Shown: positions 10,960-20,916, counted from the first letter of the stretch. The stretch is DNA of 64,000 nt from Promethearchaeati archaeon SRVP18_Atabeyarchaeia-1 (GCA_037308085.1 CP147779.1:928001-992000), one strand, 5' to 3'. The notes: generated by a model not told the origin, from the sequence alone. Made by a program: numbers and translations.

Positions 10960-11391
10960 CTAGGAGCTTTTCAGCTTAGCCAAAAGCTTGGCAACGCCAT
11001 CAATGATCGCTACAGGCTTCGGCGGGCATCCAGGAATGTACATGTCAACAGGGATTACACTATCCACTCCACCCATCACGTTGTAGCATCCCTGAAGTAC
11101 TCCTCCAGCCATGCCACAACCCGAACCAATGGATACGACGAACTTTGGCTCTGGCATCTGCTCATAGACTCTCCTCAATCTTGGGGCAACTTGGCGAGTT
11201 ATGGGTCCTGTAGTTATTAGTACATCTGCATGTCTCGGTGAAGCCATGAGTACGGCGCCAAACCTCTCAAGGTCGTACCGAGGAGTCAGAGCAGCTATGA
11301 CTTCAATATCGCAACCGTTACATGATCCAGTGTTAAAGTGGAGAAGCCACGGCGACTTTACCCGAGCCCACTTAACGACTTTCTCGAACAA
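10960..11391 (-). CDS. Hydrogenase small subunit (NuoB-like)
   Basis: GSCNGCDIE (CxxC, hydrogenase type), SPRHAD, PGCPP. Confidence 0.9.
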   Translation of the reverse strand: MFEKVVKWARVKSPWLLHFNTGSCNGCDIEVIAALTPRYDLERFGAVLMASPRHADVLITTGPITRQVAPRLRRVYEQMPEPKFVVSIGSGCGMAGGVLQGCYNVMGGVDSVIPVDMYIPGCPPKPVAIIDGVAKLLAKLKSS

Positions 11392-11595
11392 GGTGATCTT
11401 ACCTTCCTCTAGTTCCTTCTAAGAATAGAAAGTATCTTGACTTCTCTTCGCGAGATCAGAAATGGTATTTAACGATTACCGAGTACTTTTGACAAATACA
11501 CTCACTTAACATTATTCCTGTATCAGGTCGCTCGTTATTGTGTTAACCGGCATCTCGTCGGGTCGATTATGAATGATAATACCTGTCCAGTGGCA

Positions 11596-11973
11596 CTACC
11601 ACTTCCTTTCTTCTCCCGCCTTCCAGATGGGGACAGCGATCAATGCTACGAACAGCAGGATCGTATAAAATAGGACAAGCATCAAGCCCAAAGGTGTGAA
11701 GGTGCCAGCAGTGGCTGCCGTAATTCCAAGGAAGATCATGAATGCCGCTGACTCGAATATGACGAAAAACACTGCGTAGTAGAATCTGTGGATGTAGAAC
11801 TGAACGTTGCCAGCCTGCACTTCCTCACCGCATGCATAAGTGGATTCCTTGTCCTTAGTCTTCTTTCCTTTAGGCGCCATTCTACGTCCTACGGCATAGA
11901 GCAAAAGTGTAAAGGTAAGAACGAGGAGAAACGCGATGACAGGAATTCCAAGTATCTCGGTCAATGAAATCAT
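11596..11973 (-). CDS. NuoA-like membrane subunit
   Basis: Three TM helices with a K..YACGE loop and YYAVFFVIFE. Confidence 0.8.
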   Translation of the reverse strand: MISLTEILGIPVIAFLLVLTFTLLLYAVGRRMAPKGKKTKDKESTYACGEEVQAGNVQFYIHRFYYAVFFVIFESAAFMIFLGITAATAGTFTPLGLMLVLFYTILLFVALIAVPIWKAGEERKW

Positions 11974-12171
11974 ACCTCTATTTCATGTTTCCAAGTCCCG
12001 TTGTTGTAGAGTGAGATTTTGACCACATATAATAACCTTACGCTTGCTTTTGACGATGACAGACTACGACAGGAAAACGTGATTTTCAGAATACGGTCGA
12101 TTACGCTTTTGGGTAATGATAGTCTCGGAATCGTTCTCGCTGAAAATCCTTTGCTTCCCTACGTCACTTTT

Positions 12172-12190
12172 ATTATCTCTCAGAGATAAT
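12172..12190. promoter_or_regulatory. Perfect palindrome (putative operator) at the selD promoter
   Basis: ATTATCTCT-C-AGAGATAAT overlapping an AT-rich TATA-like box about 40 nt upstream of the selD start. Confidence 0.45.
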
Positions 12191-12231
12191 GATGATGTAC
12201 TGCAAAGTATGCGACTAAGGAGGAATAGAAC

Positions 12232-13266
12232 TTAGACAAGTTTAGACTGACAAAGCTAGTTAGCGAGCATGGTTGAAGCTGCAAGATCCCACAGAGCGAC
12301 CTAAGGCACCTTCTGGAGAGTGCTGGGCTTTCAAGTGTCATTGGAAACCCCAATATTCTAGCGGGTCCGTTGCCAGCGGAGGACTCAGCGATAATCAAGC
12401 TCAACGAAGATACGTGCCTGGTGCAGACGGTTGATTTCTTCACACCAATCATAGACGAACCGACGATCCAAGGTCAGATCGCGGCCTGCAATGTGACCAA
12501 CGATCTCTACGCGAAAGGGGCCACAGATATTCTCGGTGTGCTAGTCATAATGGGCTTCCCTCCGCAAACACCCAATCAGGTTGCTGTCGACTTGCTGAAG
12601 GGCTTCAGTGACTTCCTTCAAGAACTTGGTACACAAGTGGTAGGTGGGCACACGATCAGCAATCCCTGGCCAATTCTAGGCGGTGCTGCCACAGCCACAA
12701 TGAAAATTCAGGACGTCGTATACAAGAAGGGTGCAAAGGCTGGTGATAATTTGGTCTTGACTAAGCCTCTGGGGGTACAACCAGTAATGGCAGCGTACCG
12801 CCTCCTGAAGGAAGAGGCATCCGGTGACGAACTACTCGGCAAGATTAGCCGCAAAACCATCAATGACGCCATTAGGAAGACAATCTCGATGATGACAACA
12901 AGCAACAAAGCCGCTGCAGAATCGATCCTTGAGGTCAAGGTGAACGCGGCAACCGATGTCACTGGCTTCGGTTTGCTGGGGCACGCGGCGGAGGTGGCTG
13001 AACAGAGTTCCGTGGACCTGGAGATTACCAGTATCCCTGTAGTCAAAGGAAGCCTCGAAATCTCGGACATCTTGGGCTACTCACTCAGAGCCGGGAGCGC
13101 ACATGAGACCGCCGGCGGCATGCTACTTTCAGCTGCCGAAGACAATGTGGAGCAACTTCTGGAGACTCTGCGTAGGCACCGCGTGAATCCGTACGTGATC
13201 GGGAAGGCTCGCACAGGTAAAGGCAAGGTCAAGCTATCGAGGGATCTGCAGTTCATCGAGGTGTGA
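12232..13266 (+). CDS. selD: Selenophosphate synthetase, selenoprotein (Sec at TGA 12274-12276)
   Basis: Frame upstream of ORF 12370 reads DKFRLTKLVSEHG-TGA-SCKIPQ (G-U/C-x-C-K motif); TVDFF, NDLYA, GGHT, LTKPLG, TDVTGFGL; SECIS downstream; start codon non-canonical (TTA 12232 or CTG 12247). Confidence 0.93.
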
Positions 13267-13348
13267 AGCAGCGCTCTATGAGGGGAGAAACGAAACTACG
13301 AAAGTAGAGTTCTCTCTGAAAGAAGCCAAAAGCAGGCTGGCTGCTTCA
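13264..13348 (+). promoter_or_regulatory. Eukaryote-like (type II) SECIS element in the selD 3' UTR
   Basis: ATGA(13278)-GGGGAGAA-ACGAAA-CTAC-GAAA-GTAG-AG-TTCTCTCT-GA: GA quartet, stem, unpaired AAA, apical mini-stem; basal stem TGAAGCAGC/GCTGCTTCA. Confidence 0.85.
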
Positions 13349-13643
13349 ACAATTCCTACCTCTAAGGGTCCAATTTGGCTGCATGTTGTTTTGTTCCAGA
13401 TTAGTCTCAGCCGCGAGCTAGCATCAGGCTGCTGGTTCTCCAAGCGCATCATTTTCGACATAGACCAGTTTGCTGCCAAGTCAACTGAGGTCAGAGAGAA
13501 GACTTAAATATCACATGTAATCTCCAATTGCAATCGTTAAAGTTAAGGATACTGTCACACATCAAGCAGATTATCATTAGACGCATGGCGCACGAGTATT
13601 CCTGCATGAACCGCGCGGATCAATCGTGGGGTTGAGAAGGAAA

Positions 13644-13898
13644 ATGGATCCAGCATCTCTGATCTTGGAGATCATACTGCTCGCTTTCATCGCTGTATTC
13701 GGAGTTCTTGCGGTTGAACTGAAGCGCTTGGTTTATGCAGCTGTTTCCCTTGCACTGATGAGTGTGTCGATAGCGCTAGTATTCTTCTTATTCACAGCCC
13801 CCTACGTCGGGCTACTGCAGCTACTGATCTATGCGGGGGCGATAACCATTCTGTTTCTTGCCACAATCAGTTTAACGAAGGGAGAAGAGGAAGAATGA
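13644..13898 (+). CDS. NuoJ-like subunit, N-terminal half
   Basis: APYVGLLQLLIYAGAI motif, three TM helices. Confidence 0.82.
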   Translation: MDPASLILEIILLAFIAVFGVLAVELKRLVYAAVSLALMSVSIALVFFLFTAPYVGLLQLLIYAGAITILFLATISLTKGEEEE

Positions 13899-14200
13899 CC
13901 GACAAAGGCTCAATTGCCCCAAGGGTCATAGGCGTAATACTCGCCGCACTTCTTTTCATTGCGATAGCGGCAATGATCTTGACGACAATAGTACCCTTCA
14001 ACTTAGATGTGGGCCCGGTTCTCAGTACACTGATTACAGCGAATGACTATTCGCAGGCGGGACTTAATGCTAGCTATGTACTGTGGAGCTATCGCGGGAT
14101 CGATGTCATGGTGCAGGCGCTTCTCCTCTCCGCGGCAGCAATAGGCGCTGCGGCTCTATTCCGGCTTGAGAGTGGGAGGAAGGAAGAGAAGGAGGCATAG
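13895..14200 (+). CDS. NuoJ C-terminal half / MnhB-like subunit
   Basis: LWSYRGIDVMVQALLL motif; ATGA-coupled to the preceding gene. Confidence 0.7.
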   Translation: MTDKGSIAPRVIGVILAALLFIAIAAMILTTIVPFNLDVGPVLSTLITANDYSQAGLNASYVLWSYRGIDVMVQALLLSAAAIGAAALFRLESGRKEEKEA

Positions 14201-14205
14201 GAACT

Positions 14206-14523
14206 TTGGAGCTAGATCTTGCATTATATCTGGGCACTGCCGCCTTTCTATATGCATTGGGCATCTACTGTGTGGTCACTAAGAGAAACCTGATCAAGCT
14301 TACAATCGGTATAGAAATACTCCTCAGTGCGGGTAACCTAAACTTGATGGTTTTCAGCGCATTTCGAGTTATTGGTTTTGCAGACCCGCTACCACAAGCC
14401 CTCGTAATCCTGTCTATCATAATTGGCGCGGCTATCGCAGCTGTAGCCCTTTCCCTGGTAATCAATATCTACCGACATTACGGCACTCTGGACGTTCGGA
14501 AAATAAGGAAGCTCAAATGGTAA
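14206..14523 (+). CDS. NuoK-like subunit
   Basis: KRNLIKLTIGIEILL; ends ...IRKLKW. Confidence 0.85.
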   Translation: MELDLALYLGTAAFLYALGIYCVVTKRNLIKLTIGIEILLSAGNLNLMVFSAFRVIGFADPLPQALVILSIIIGAAIAAVALSLVINIYRHYGTLDVRKIRKLKW

Positions 14524-14551
14524 GCACAATCCAAAGAGGAGGCACAAGACG

Positions 14552-16549
14552 GTGTTAACACCTTACGACCCATGGCTCGTCTGGATAATCCCGATGATAG
14601 GCGCATTAGTCGTACCCCTAATTGGGCACTTCGCCAAGTCAGAGACAAGTGGAAGAATCCGAGACATAATAGCAGTCGCCTTCTCTGGAGTCGCCGTCGT
14701 CTTCGCCATATTCATGATTCCTAGTGCGCAAATGAATGCCGACTTCCAGATCACTTGGATTCCGACCCTTGGAATAAAAGCTGGAGTGCTCGTGGATCCC
14801 CTCAGCGTCTTCGTCACTAACGTGGCGGCTGACATCGGCTTTCTGATAATGCTCTATAGCATCGGGTACATGAAGAAAGAGCAAGACATGGACCGATACT
14901 GGTTCTTCATGCTATTCTTCATAGGTGGAATGATCCTTCTCGTCATGTCGGACAACCTTCTGCAACTATTCCTTGGCTGGGAGATAGTGGGAACATGCTC
15001 ATGGGGGCTTATTGGGTACTGGTACAAGAAAAGCACGGACTACGATGACCCATGGATAGGGCAGATGGCTGAAGGTGACTACAACGCCCACGCAGGAATG
15101 AAGGCATTCATAACGACGCGCGTTGGAGACATTGCTCTTCTCACAGCCATTCTACTGATCTTCGTGTTTTCAGGTACCTTCAACTACGCTCAACTAGCAA
15201 GCAGTGCGACTTGGGCAGTCAACTTAGCTTCCGCTGGCCTCCTAATTCCAGTGGCACTGATGTTCTTTGGTGGACCAATTGGCAAGTCCGCTCAGTTTCC
15301 TCTAGACGTTTGGCTTATGGAGGCAATGGCTGGTCCAACAACGGTTAGCGCGCTCATCCACGCCGCCGCAATGGTCAAAGCGGGCGTCTACCTTGTTGCA
15401 AGGTTCCTTCCGATTTTTCTTATTGCGGCAGCAGGAATACCGGGCGCTTCACTATTCCCCATGGTTGTAGCTGGCATCGGAGCGTTCACAGCCTTCCTTG
15501 CCGCAACAATGGGAACCGTGCAAAGGGAAATAAAGAAGGTACTCGCTTGCTCAACGATAAGTCAACTCGGGTTCATGTTCATGGCGCTTGGTGTTGGTGG
15601 ACTTCTACCCGACTTCCAGTCAGGATATGCAGCGGGCACGTTGCAGCTAGCCGTTCACGCGATCTTCAAGGCGCTCCTCTTCTTGGGCGCAGGAGCGGTT
15701 CTTCACTCTGTGGAGTCAATCTACATGGACGATATGGGTGGTCTGAGGAAGAGGATGCCGATCACCTTCATCTGTATGCTGGTTGGCGCGCTCTCCCTGT
15801 CTGGCATACCGCCATTTGCAGGGTTCTTCAGCAAAGAAAGCATATTCGATGTGCTATGGGCTGGAGGGCAAAGCAGTATCTTCATAATGGTAGTGTTCAT
15901 CATGGCTGCATTGACTGCCACTTTCACAGTGTTCTATAGTTTCAGAATGATCGGTCTTGCATTCTTTGGTCCTGAGAGCAAACACATCAAGGAGCTCGTA
16001 CATGAAGGGCATGAGGTTCACGAGGCACCCAAGATAATGTGGATTCCATTAGTGATCTTGGCTGCATTTACAGTATTCTTTGGATTTCTGGGTCCCCAAT
16101 TTGACAGCTACATAACTGGTCTTCCTCCAGTATCGCTTATTGCGTGGCTGACAGAGATCTTTGTCTCTCCGACGTTCGTGATCACCCTGCTAATAATAGC
16201 TGTAGGGTTCATACCCGCATTCTTCCTGTACATCAGGAGAAGCGTCGCCGCCGAGAAACCTACAAAGAGAGGTGGGGTCCTCGGGGGGATCCGCAAGTTC
16301 TTCTTCAGCAGGTGGTACATTAACGCTTTCTACTACAAGGTCTTCGTCAACGGGTTCCTATCACTGTGCAGGAAAATAAGGGGCACAGTTGAAGAAAAGG
16401 GAATTGACCGGTTCAACTACCGTTCGGCTCGAGGTTTTGGACGCATAAGCAACGCCCTCAGAAAGATACACACAGGCATCCTAACCGTAAACCTGATCTA
16501 CATAGTCGCTGGCGTGCTGCTGTTCCTCCTCATATTGTTACTTGCTTAG
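14552..16549 (+). CDS. NuoL/MrpA-like antiporter subunit
   Basis: GWEIVG, TRVGD, KSAQFPLDVWL.EAM.GPT.VSALIHAA.MVKAG, HAIFKALLFL. Confidence 0.9.
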   Translation: MLTPYDPWLVWIIPMIGALVVPLIGHFAKSETSGRIRDIIAVAFSGVAVVFAIFMIPSAQMNADFQITWIPTLGIKAGVLVDPLSVFVTNVAADIGFLIMLYSIGYMKKEQDMDRYWFFMLFFIGGMILLVMSDNLLQLFLGWEIVGTCSWGLIGYWYKKSTDYDDPWIGQMAEGDYNAHAGMKAFITTRVGDIALLTAILLIFVFSGTFNYAQLASSATWAVNLASAGLLIPVALMFFGGPIGKSAQFPLDVWLMEAMAGPTTVSALIHAAAMVKAGVYLVARFLPIFLIAAAGIPGASLFPMVVAGIGAFTAFLAATMGTVQREIKKVLACSTISQLGFMFMALGVGGLLPDFQSGYAAGTLQLAVHAIFKALLFLGAGAVLHSVESIYMDDMGGLRKRMPITFICMLVGALSLSGIPPFAGFFSKESIFDVLWAGGQSSIFIMVVFIMAALTATFTVFYSFRMIGLAFFGPESKHIKELVHEGHEVHEAPKIMWIPLVILAAFTVFFGFLGPQFDSYITGLPPVSLIAWLTEIFVSPTFVITLLIIAVGFIPAFFLYIRRSVAAEKPTKRGGVLGGIRKFFFSRWYINAFYYKVFVNGFLSLCRKIRGTVEEKGIDRFNYRSARGFGRISNALRKIHTGILTVNLIYIVAGVLLFLLILLLA

Positions 16550-16566
16550 GATGGTGATACCCCAAA

Positions 16567-18075
16567 ATGGTGTTAATGGAATACTTGGGCTTGGCTCCTA
16601 GCTCAACACTAGTGCTTGCATTCCTCACATTGTTTGCAGCAGCTCTGATAGTGTACGGAATAGGTCACCTTGCTGGAAAATACACTGGCTGGATAGCTGC
16701 CCTTGCGTCACTGATCTCGACTTTGCTTATGCTCGACATAGTGATGCCCGCATCCACAACTGGCGTATTGGCAGGACCATACACGTGGATTCCAGCATTC
16801 TTGAATGTCGGACTCTACGCGGACGGTCTAAGCTACCCGATCGTCCTGATGATAAGCGCACTTGGCACGATAACACTGTTCTACTCAGCAATCGATATGA
16901 AAGAGAGTGAAAGTCCGAGAGCCTACTACGGGAACATGCTTCTCTTCATAGGAGGAATGATCGGAGTCGTATTGTCAACCAACCTTATTGAATTCATCCT
17001 ATTCTGGGAGGTAATGCTGCTTCCGTCCTTCATCATTATCTCGATGTTTGGTGTCACCGAAGAGAGGAGAACAAGCGCCCTCAAGTACTTCCTCTATACG
17101 CACTTCGGGAGCGCTTTCCTGTTTGCAGGAGTCTTTATTATCGGCTTTCTTGCTAGCCCCTATACGGTTCCGCCGTCTAACGCGTTTGACTTGTCTGCGA
17201 TTGGGGCAGCTATGCCCACAATGCTATCTGTCGCGCGGGGAGCATTACTAGGTGCTGCACTTATGATTCTCGTAGCATTCGCCGTGAAGATGGCAATCTT
17301 TCCACTCCACACATGGTTGCCATCAGCATACTACGACGCGCCAATACCTGCGACGCTTCTCTTAAGTTCAGCTATGACGAAGACTGCGGCGTACGGAATT
17401 GTTAGGATACTGATCCTGTTCTTGGCGCCCCAGCTCGTCGACTGGAGACTTGGACTGATGATAGTTGCACTAGTAACAATGTACTACGGAGGAATACTCG
17501 CGCTAGCCCAGGACAACTTGAAGAGCATGCTTGCCTACTCGAGCATGAGCCAAATGGGGTACATACTCTTCGGACTGGCCACACTGACACTCTACGGCGG
17601 TCTCGGAGGGGTGTTTCACATAATTAACCACGGAATCGCCATAGCGGTTATGTGGCTGACCTGCGGGATCCTGCTAAAGCAGGCAGGCTCATTCGAGTTC
17701 AACAAGCTAAGAGGACTGGGCGCGAAGATGCCTGTGACCGCAATGTGTGCCGTGATTGCGGGGCTTGGGTTAGCAGGAACTCCACCCTTAGCTGGATTTC
17801 AGAGCGAAGTGCTCATCTTCCTTGGAGGAACCATCTACCCTGTACTGCTCCTACTAGCAATAATAGCCACAGCGCTCACAGCGGGATACTACCTTTGGGC
17901 CGTGAGGCGAATCTTCTTTGGTCCGATAAAGGCTAGTCTGAAGGGAGTTGAAGATGCTCCAAGAGGAGTTCGGCTGTTGCTACTCATCCTGACGTTCTTC
18001 ATTGTCGTCTTCGGAATAATACCAAATCTGATCCTAGGAGTGATAAACCCAATACTGGCTACGGTTCTGCACTAG
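16567..18075 (+). CDS. NuoM-like antiporter subunit
   Basis: FWEVML, AFAVKMAIFPLHTWLP, LAYSS.SQMG. Confidence 0.88.
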   Translation: MVLMEYLGLAPSSTLVLAFLTLFAAALIVYGIGHLAGKYTGWIAALASLISTLLMLDIVMPASTTGVLAGPYTWIPAFLNVGLYADGLSYPIVLMISALGTITLFYSAIDMKESESPRAYYGNMLLFIGGMIGVVLSTNLIEFILFWEVMLLPSFIIISMFGVTEERRTSALKYFLYTHFGSAFLFAGVFIIGFLASPYTVPPSNAFDLSAIGAAMPTMLSVARGALLGAALMILVAFAVKMAIFPLHTWLPSAYYDAPIPATLLLSSAMTKTAAYGIVRILILFLAPQLVDWRLGLMIVALVTMYYGGILALAQDNLKSMLAYSSMSQMGYILFGLATLTLYGGLGGVFHIINHGIAIAVMWLTCGILLKQAGSFEFNKLRGLGAKMPVTAMCAVIAGLGLAGTPPLAGFQSEVLIFLGGTIYPVLLLLAIIATALTAGYYLWAVRRIFFGPIKASLKGVEDAPRGVRLLLLILTFFIVVFGIIPNLILGVINPILATVLH

Positions 18076-18090
18076 GGGTGAGATCAATCA

Positions 18091-19614
18091 ATGGTTATCG
18101 ACCCATACATACTGCTGCCAATAATAATCTCGGGCATTTCGGCAATAGCAACCTTCACACTAGGAACGCTCGCTGAAAAATACAAGATCAGGCGGGTGCC
18201 GGAGGCACTCAGCTTCATTGGTCTTGGGGCGACCTTTGCCTCAGTTCTGTACCTCTTATATAGATCGGCATCTCAAGTTCTAACATACTCCTACGTCTTC
18301 GGACCGCCGTCGGGGGCTATGCTTGAAGCAGACCTCGCGAGTCTATTTATGGCGGCTCTCATTTCTGGGCTCGGTTTCGTAGTAACGATCTACTCGATCG
18401 GCTACATGAAGCATGATACAGGCTTGCCGAAGTACTATTCTTTGCTTCAGCTACTCGTTACGGGCATGACTGGCGTGGTCTTTGCTGGCGATCTGTTCAC
18501 ATTATTCGTATTCTTCGAAATGATGGCCATCTGTTCATACGTCCTCGTTGCCTTCAGGAAATCAGAGTGGGAGCCGGTTGAGGCTGGAATGAAGTATCTA
18601 TTCATGGGCGCCCTCGGAAGCACAACCGTGCTCTACGCTATATCTTTTCTTTACGGAATCACTGGAACGCTAAACATAGGAATGATCGGGACGCAACTAC
18701 GAAGTGGACTTGTCACCCCTGGTGTGGTCTCCATAGGCACACTTCTGATCGTGTTGCTGATAGGAGGATTTGGGGTCAAAGCTGCCATAGTGCCGATGCA
18801 CACGTGGTTGATAGACGCTCACCCAGCCGCACCGAGCGGGATCTCATCAATGTTATCTGGTGTAGTCATAGAGACTGCCCTATTCGCGCTCATTAGAATA
18901 CTCTTTGTCGACTTCCCGTACGCCACCTTCGACTGGCGACCTCTGATCGGCTTCATAGCAATTATCACGATGATTGTAGCCTCGATATCGGCACTGATGC
19001 AGACTGACCTCAAGCGTTTACTTGCATATTCTAGCATCCTGAACATAGGATTCATATTGATAGGTTTTGCCGTCGTCACAAGTTCCAACAACCTAGGTCC
19101 AACTGCGAGTTTCTTCCAGATCCTAAATCACGCAATAGCGAAGGGTCTCCTCTTCTTGTGCGCTGGGGCATTTCTCCACGCTGCTGGGACGAGGGATCTG
19201 GGTCAGCTGAGTGGCATTGGGAAGAAGATGCCTTGGACGGCCCTGGCCTTTGGCATTGGCGCTTTTGCAATAGCTGGGGTTCCCCCGCTGAATGGCTTCT
19301 ACAGCAAGATTCTGCTGCTCTGGTCCGCCGCACAGTTGGGAGGTCTCATCGGGTACTCACTACTTATATTCGGACTGTTCAGCAGCGCGATCGCCATATA
19401 CTTCTACCTGAGGATCGTCCAGACCATAGCCTTTGGAGAGCCGTCGAGAAAACTGTCTGATGTCAAGGAAGCACCGAGAACGATGCTCTTCGGAATGCTG
19501 GTCTTGGCTGCCTTATGCATAATAATCGGCGTTTACCCGACACCCTTCTACAACTTCGTTCAACAGGTGGCCTCAGCCCTAGCAAACTTCACTAGCTACA
19601 TTACCCCGCCGTAG
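18091..19614 (+). CDS. NuoN/MrpD-like antiporter subunit
   Basis: FFEMM, EAGMKY, KAAIVPMHTWL.DAH..APS, KRLLAYSSI, NHAIAKGLLF. Confidence 0.85.
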   Translation: MVIDPYILLPIIISGISAIATFTLGTLAEKYKIRRVPEALSFIGLGATFASVLYLLYRSASQVLTYSYVFGPPSGAMLEADLASLFMAALISGLGFVVTIYSIGYMKHDTGLPKYYSLLQLLVTGMTGVVFAGDLFTLFVFFEMMAICSYVLVAFRKSEWEPVEAGMKYLFMGALGSTTVLYAISFLYGITGTLNIGMIGTQLRSGLVTPGVVSIGTLLIVLLIGGFGVKAAIVPMHTWLIDAHPAAPSGISSMLSGVVIETALFALIRILFVDFPYATFDWRPLIGFIAIITMIVASISALMQTDLKRLLAYSSILNIGFILIGFAVVTSSNNLGPTASFFQILNHAIAKGLLFLCAGAFLHAAGTRDLGQLSGIGKKMPWTALAFGIGAFAIAGVPPLNGFYSKILLLWSAAQLGGLIGYSLLIFGLFSSAIAIYFYLRIVQTIAFGEPSRKLSDVKEAPRTMLFGMLVLAALCIIIGVYPTPFYNFVQQVASALANFTSYITPP

Positions 19615-19752
19615 AAGACTCGTGCAAGAAACCACTCACTTCTCTTTGTTCACTAGCTTCCCTAGGTGTGAAGTTCCATAAGCGCCGTCGGGCTTCCGAA
19701 GGCAATAGATTCAGGAGAAACCGTATAATACGTTTCGTGGCTGTAGAACACT

Positions 19753-20031
19753 ATGGCAAGCAAGGAGAGTCGGAAGCGGCGTCGAAGACCTGTGAAGCTA
19801 CCAAGCGTCTACAGATATATGGCGCTGGGTTTTCTACTGCCCATCTTGGTGTTCAGTGGGATGGTCTTGGGGTACAACTATGGGAAGCCTTATGGCGATT
19901 TCAGCGCAACACTCTTTGCCGCCTTGGGTAGCATAGCAGGTCTGATCATAGCAAGTACGATGATCGTTGAGATTGCCCTCTTCTGGGACAGAAAGATACT
20001 CCGCCAAACAAAGGCAAGAAAGTCCAGCTAG
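19753..20031 (+). CDS. Small two-TM membrane protein, AtpZ/AtpI(Q)-like
   Basis: Basic N-terminus, two TM helices with a G..LGY pattern; family assignment by eye only. Confidence 0.45.
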   Translation: MASKESRKRRRRPVKLPSVYRYMALGFLLPILVFSGMVLGYNYGKPYGDFSATLFAALGSIAGLIIASTMIVEIALFWDRKILRQTKARKSS

Positions 20032-20268
20032 CCTAGGGGAAAGGATAGACGACATCTGGCAAGGCATTCTGGATCTAGGTTGACTGCCAAGCGCGTCAGG
20101 GTTCTAACAATATGTGAATCTGTAGACAAGTTGAGGCGAGAAAAGGGAAATTAGCGCGCTAAGTGCTAGGAATCGCCCGTGTATTTTAGTTACCGGAGAA
20201 TTCTAATGGTGTTTAAAAGCGAGGGTCGCCTATTGTCCTTGCTAAAACCGACAACGAGGGAGTTAGAT

Positions 20269-20556
20269 TTGTCTAGAGAATCAAATATCGTATACGTGGG
20301 TACAAATCCGCCGATGGATTACGTTTTGTGGATTATAAGAGGTTTCAGCGGGGCGAACGTCAAAGAAGTCACTGTTAAGGCGAGAGGGCAAGCAATATCT
20401 ACTGCAGTCGACGCTGTCGAGATAACCAGAAACAGATTGATGACAGGTCTGGAGATAGGCAATATCACTATAGGTACCGAAGAAATGCCGCCAAGAGAAG
20501 GCGAAGGCAGAGCAAAGCTGGTTTCAACGATCGAAATTATTCTGACACGAAAGTAG
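20269..20556 (+). CDS. alba: DNA/RNA-binding protein Alba
   Basis: VYVG..P.MDYV, VKARGQAISTAVD..EI, VSTIEI.L; TTG start. Confidence 0.92.
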   Translation: MSRESNIVYVGTNPPMDYVLWIIRGFSGANVKEVTVKARGQAISTAVDAVEITRNRLMTGLEIGNITIGTEEMPPREGEGRAKLVSTIEIILTRK

Positions 20557-20751
20557 ATGTGAATAGTACGTACTTGATAAAATAGCTCTTCAATTCCTTC
20601 TCGTCAGGTCTGTTCTCGAATCGGTTCAGCTTGGCAAACTTATGGCGCGCGCTGTCTCAAAGAAATTCTAGAAACCATAGAGAAGAAGTAATGATCAATC
20701 CTAGTACCAGGTAAGCTGACTTCCGTTTAGTTGATGTTGGAGATGTATCGT

Positions 20752-20916
20752 ATGACCAGACTGGGTAATAATCCACTCAGAGAGCACCTAAGTATTATCA
20801 AGTACCAGATTCAGTATGCCAAAATGAAACTCAATCACTGCAACTGCCTCGCCGATTACAACTACTACCAGTCACAGATAGAGTCTCTTCAAGAAGAGCT
20901 TAAGCTACTAGAATAA
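20752..20916 (+). CDS. Small hypothetical helical protein (54 aa)
   Basis: GGAG RBS + ATG; coiled-coil-like end (QIESLQEELKLLE). Confidence 0.45.
   Translation: MTRLGNNPLREHLSIIKYQIQYAKMKLNHCNCLADYNYYQSQIESLQEELKLLE

Noticed and set aside
9166-11391. Selenocysteine in the hydrogenase subunits next to selD
   Set aside because: All metal-ligand positions are Cys codons, with no in-frame TGA or SECIS seen
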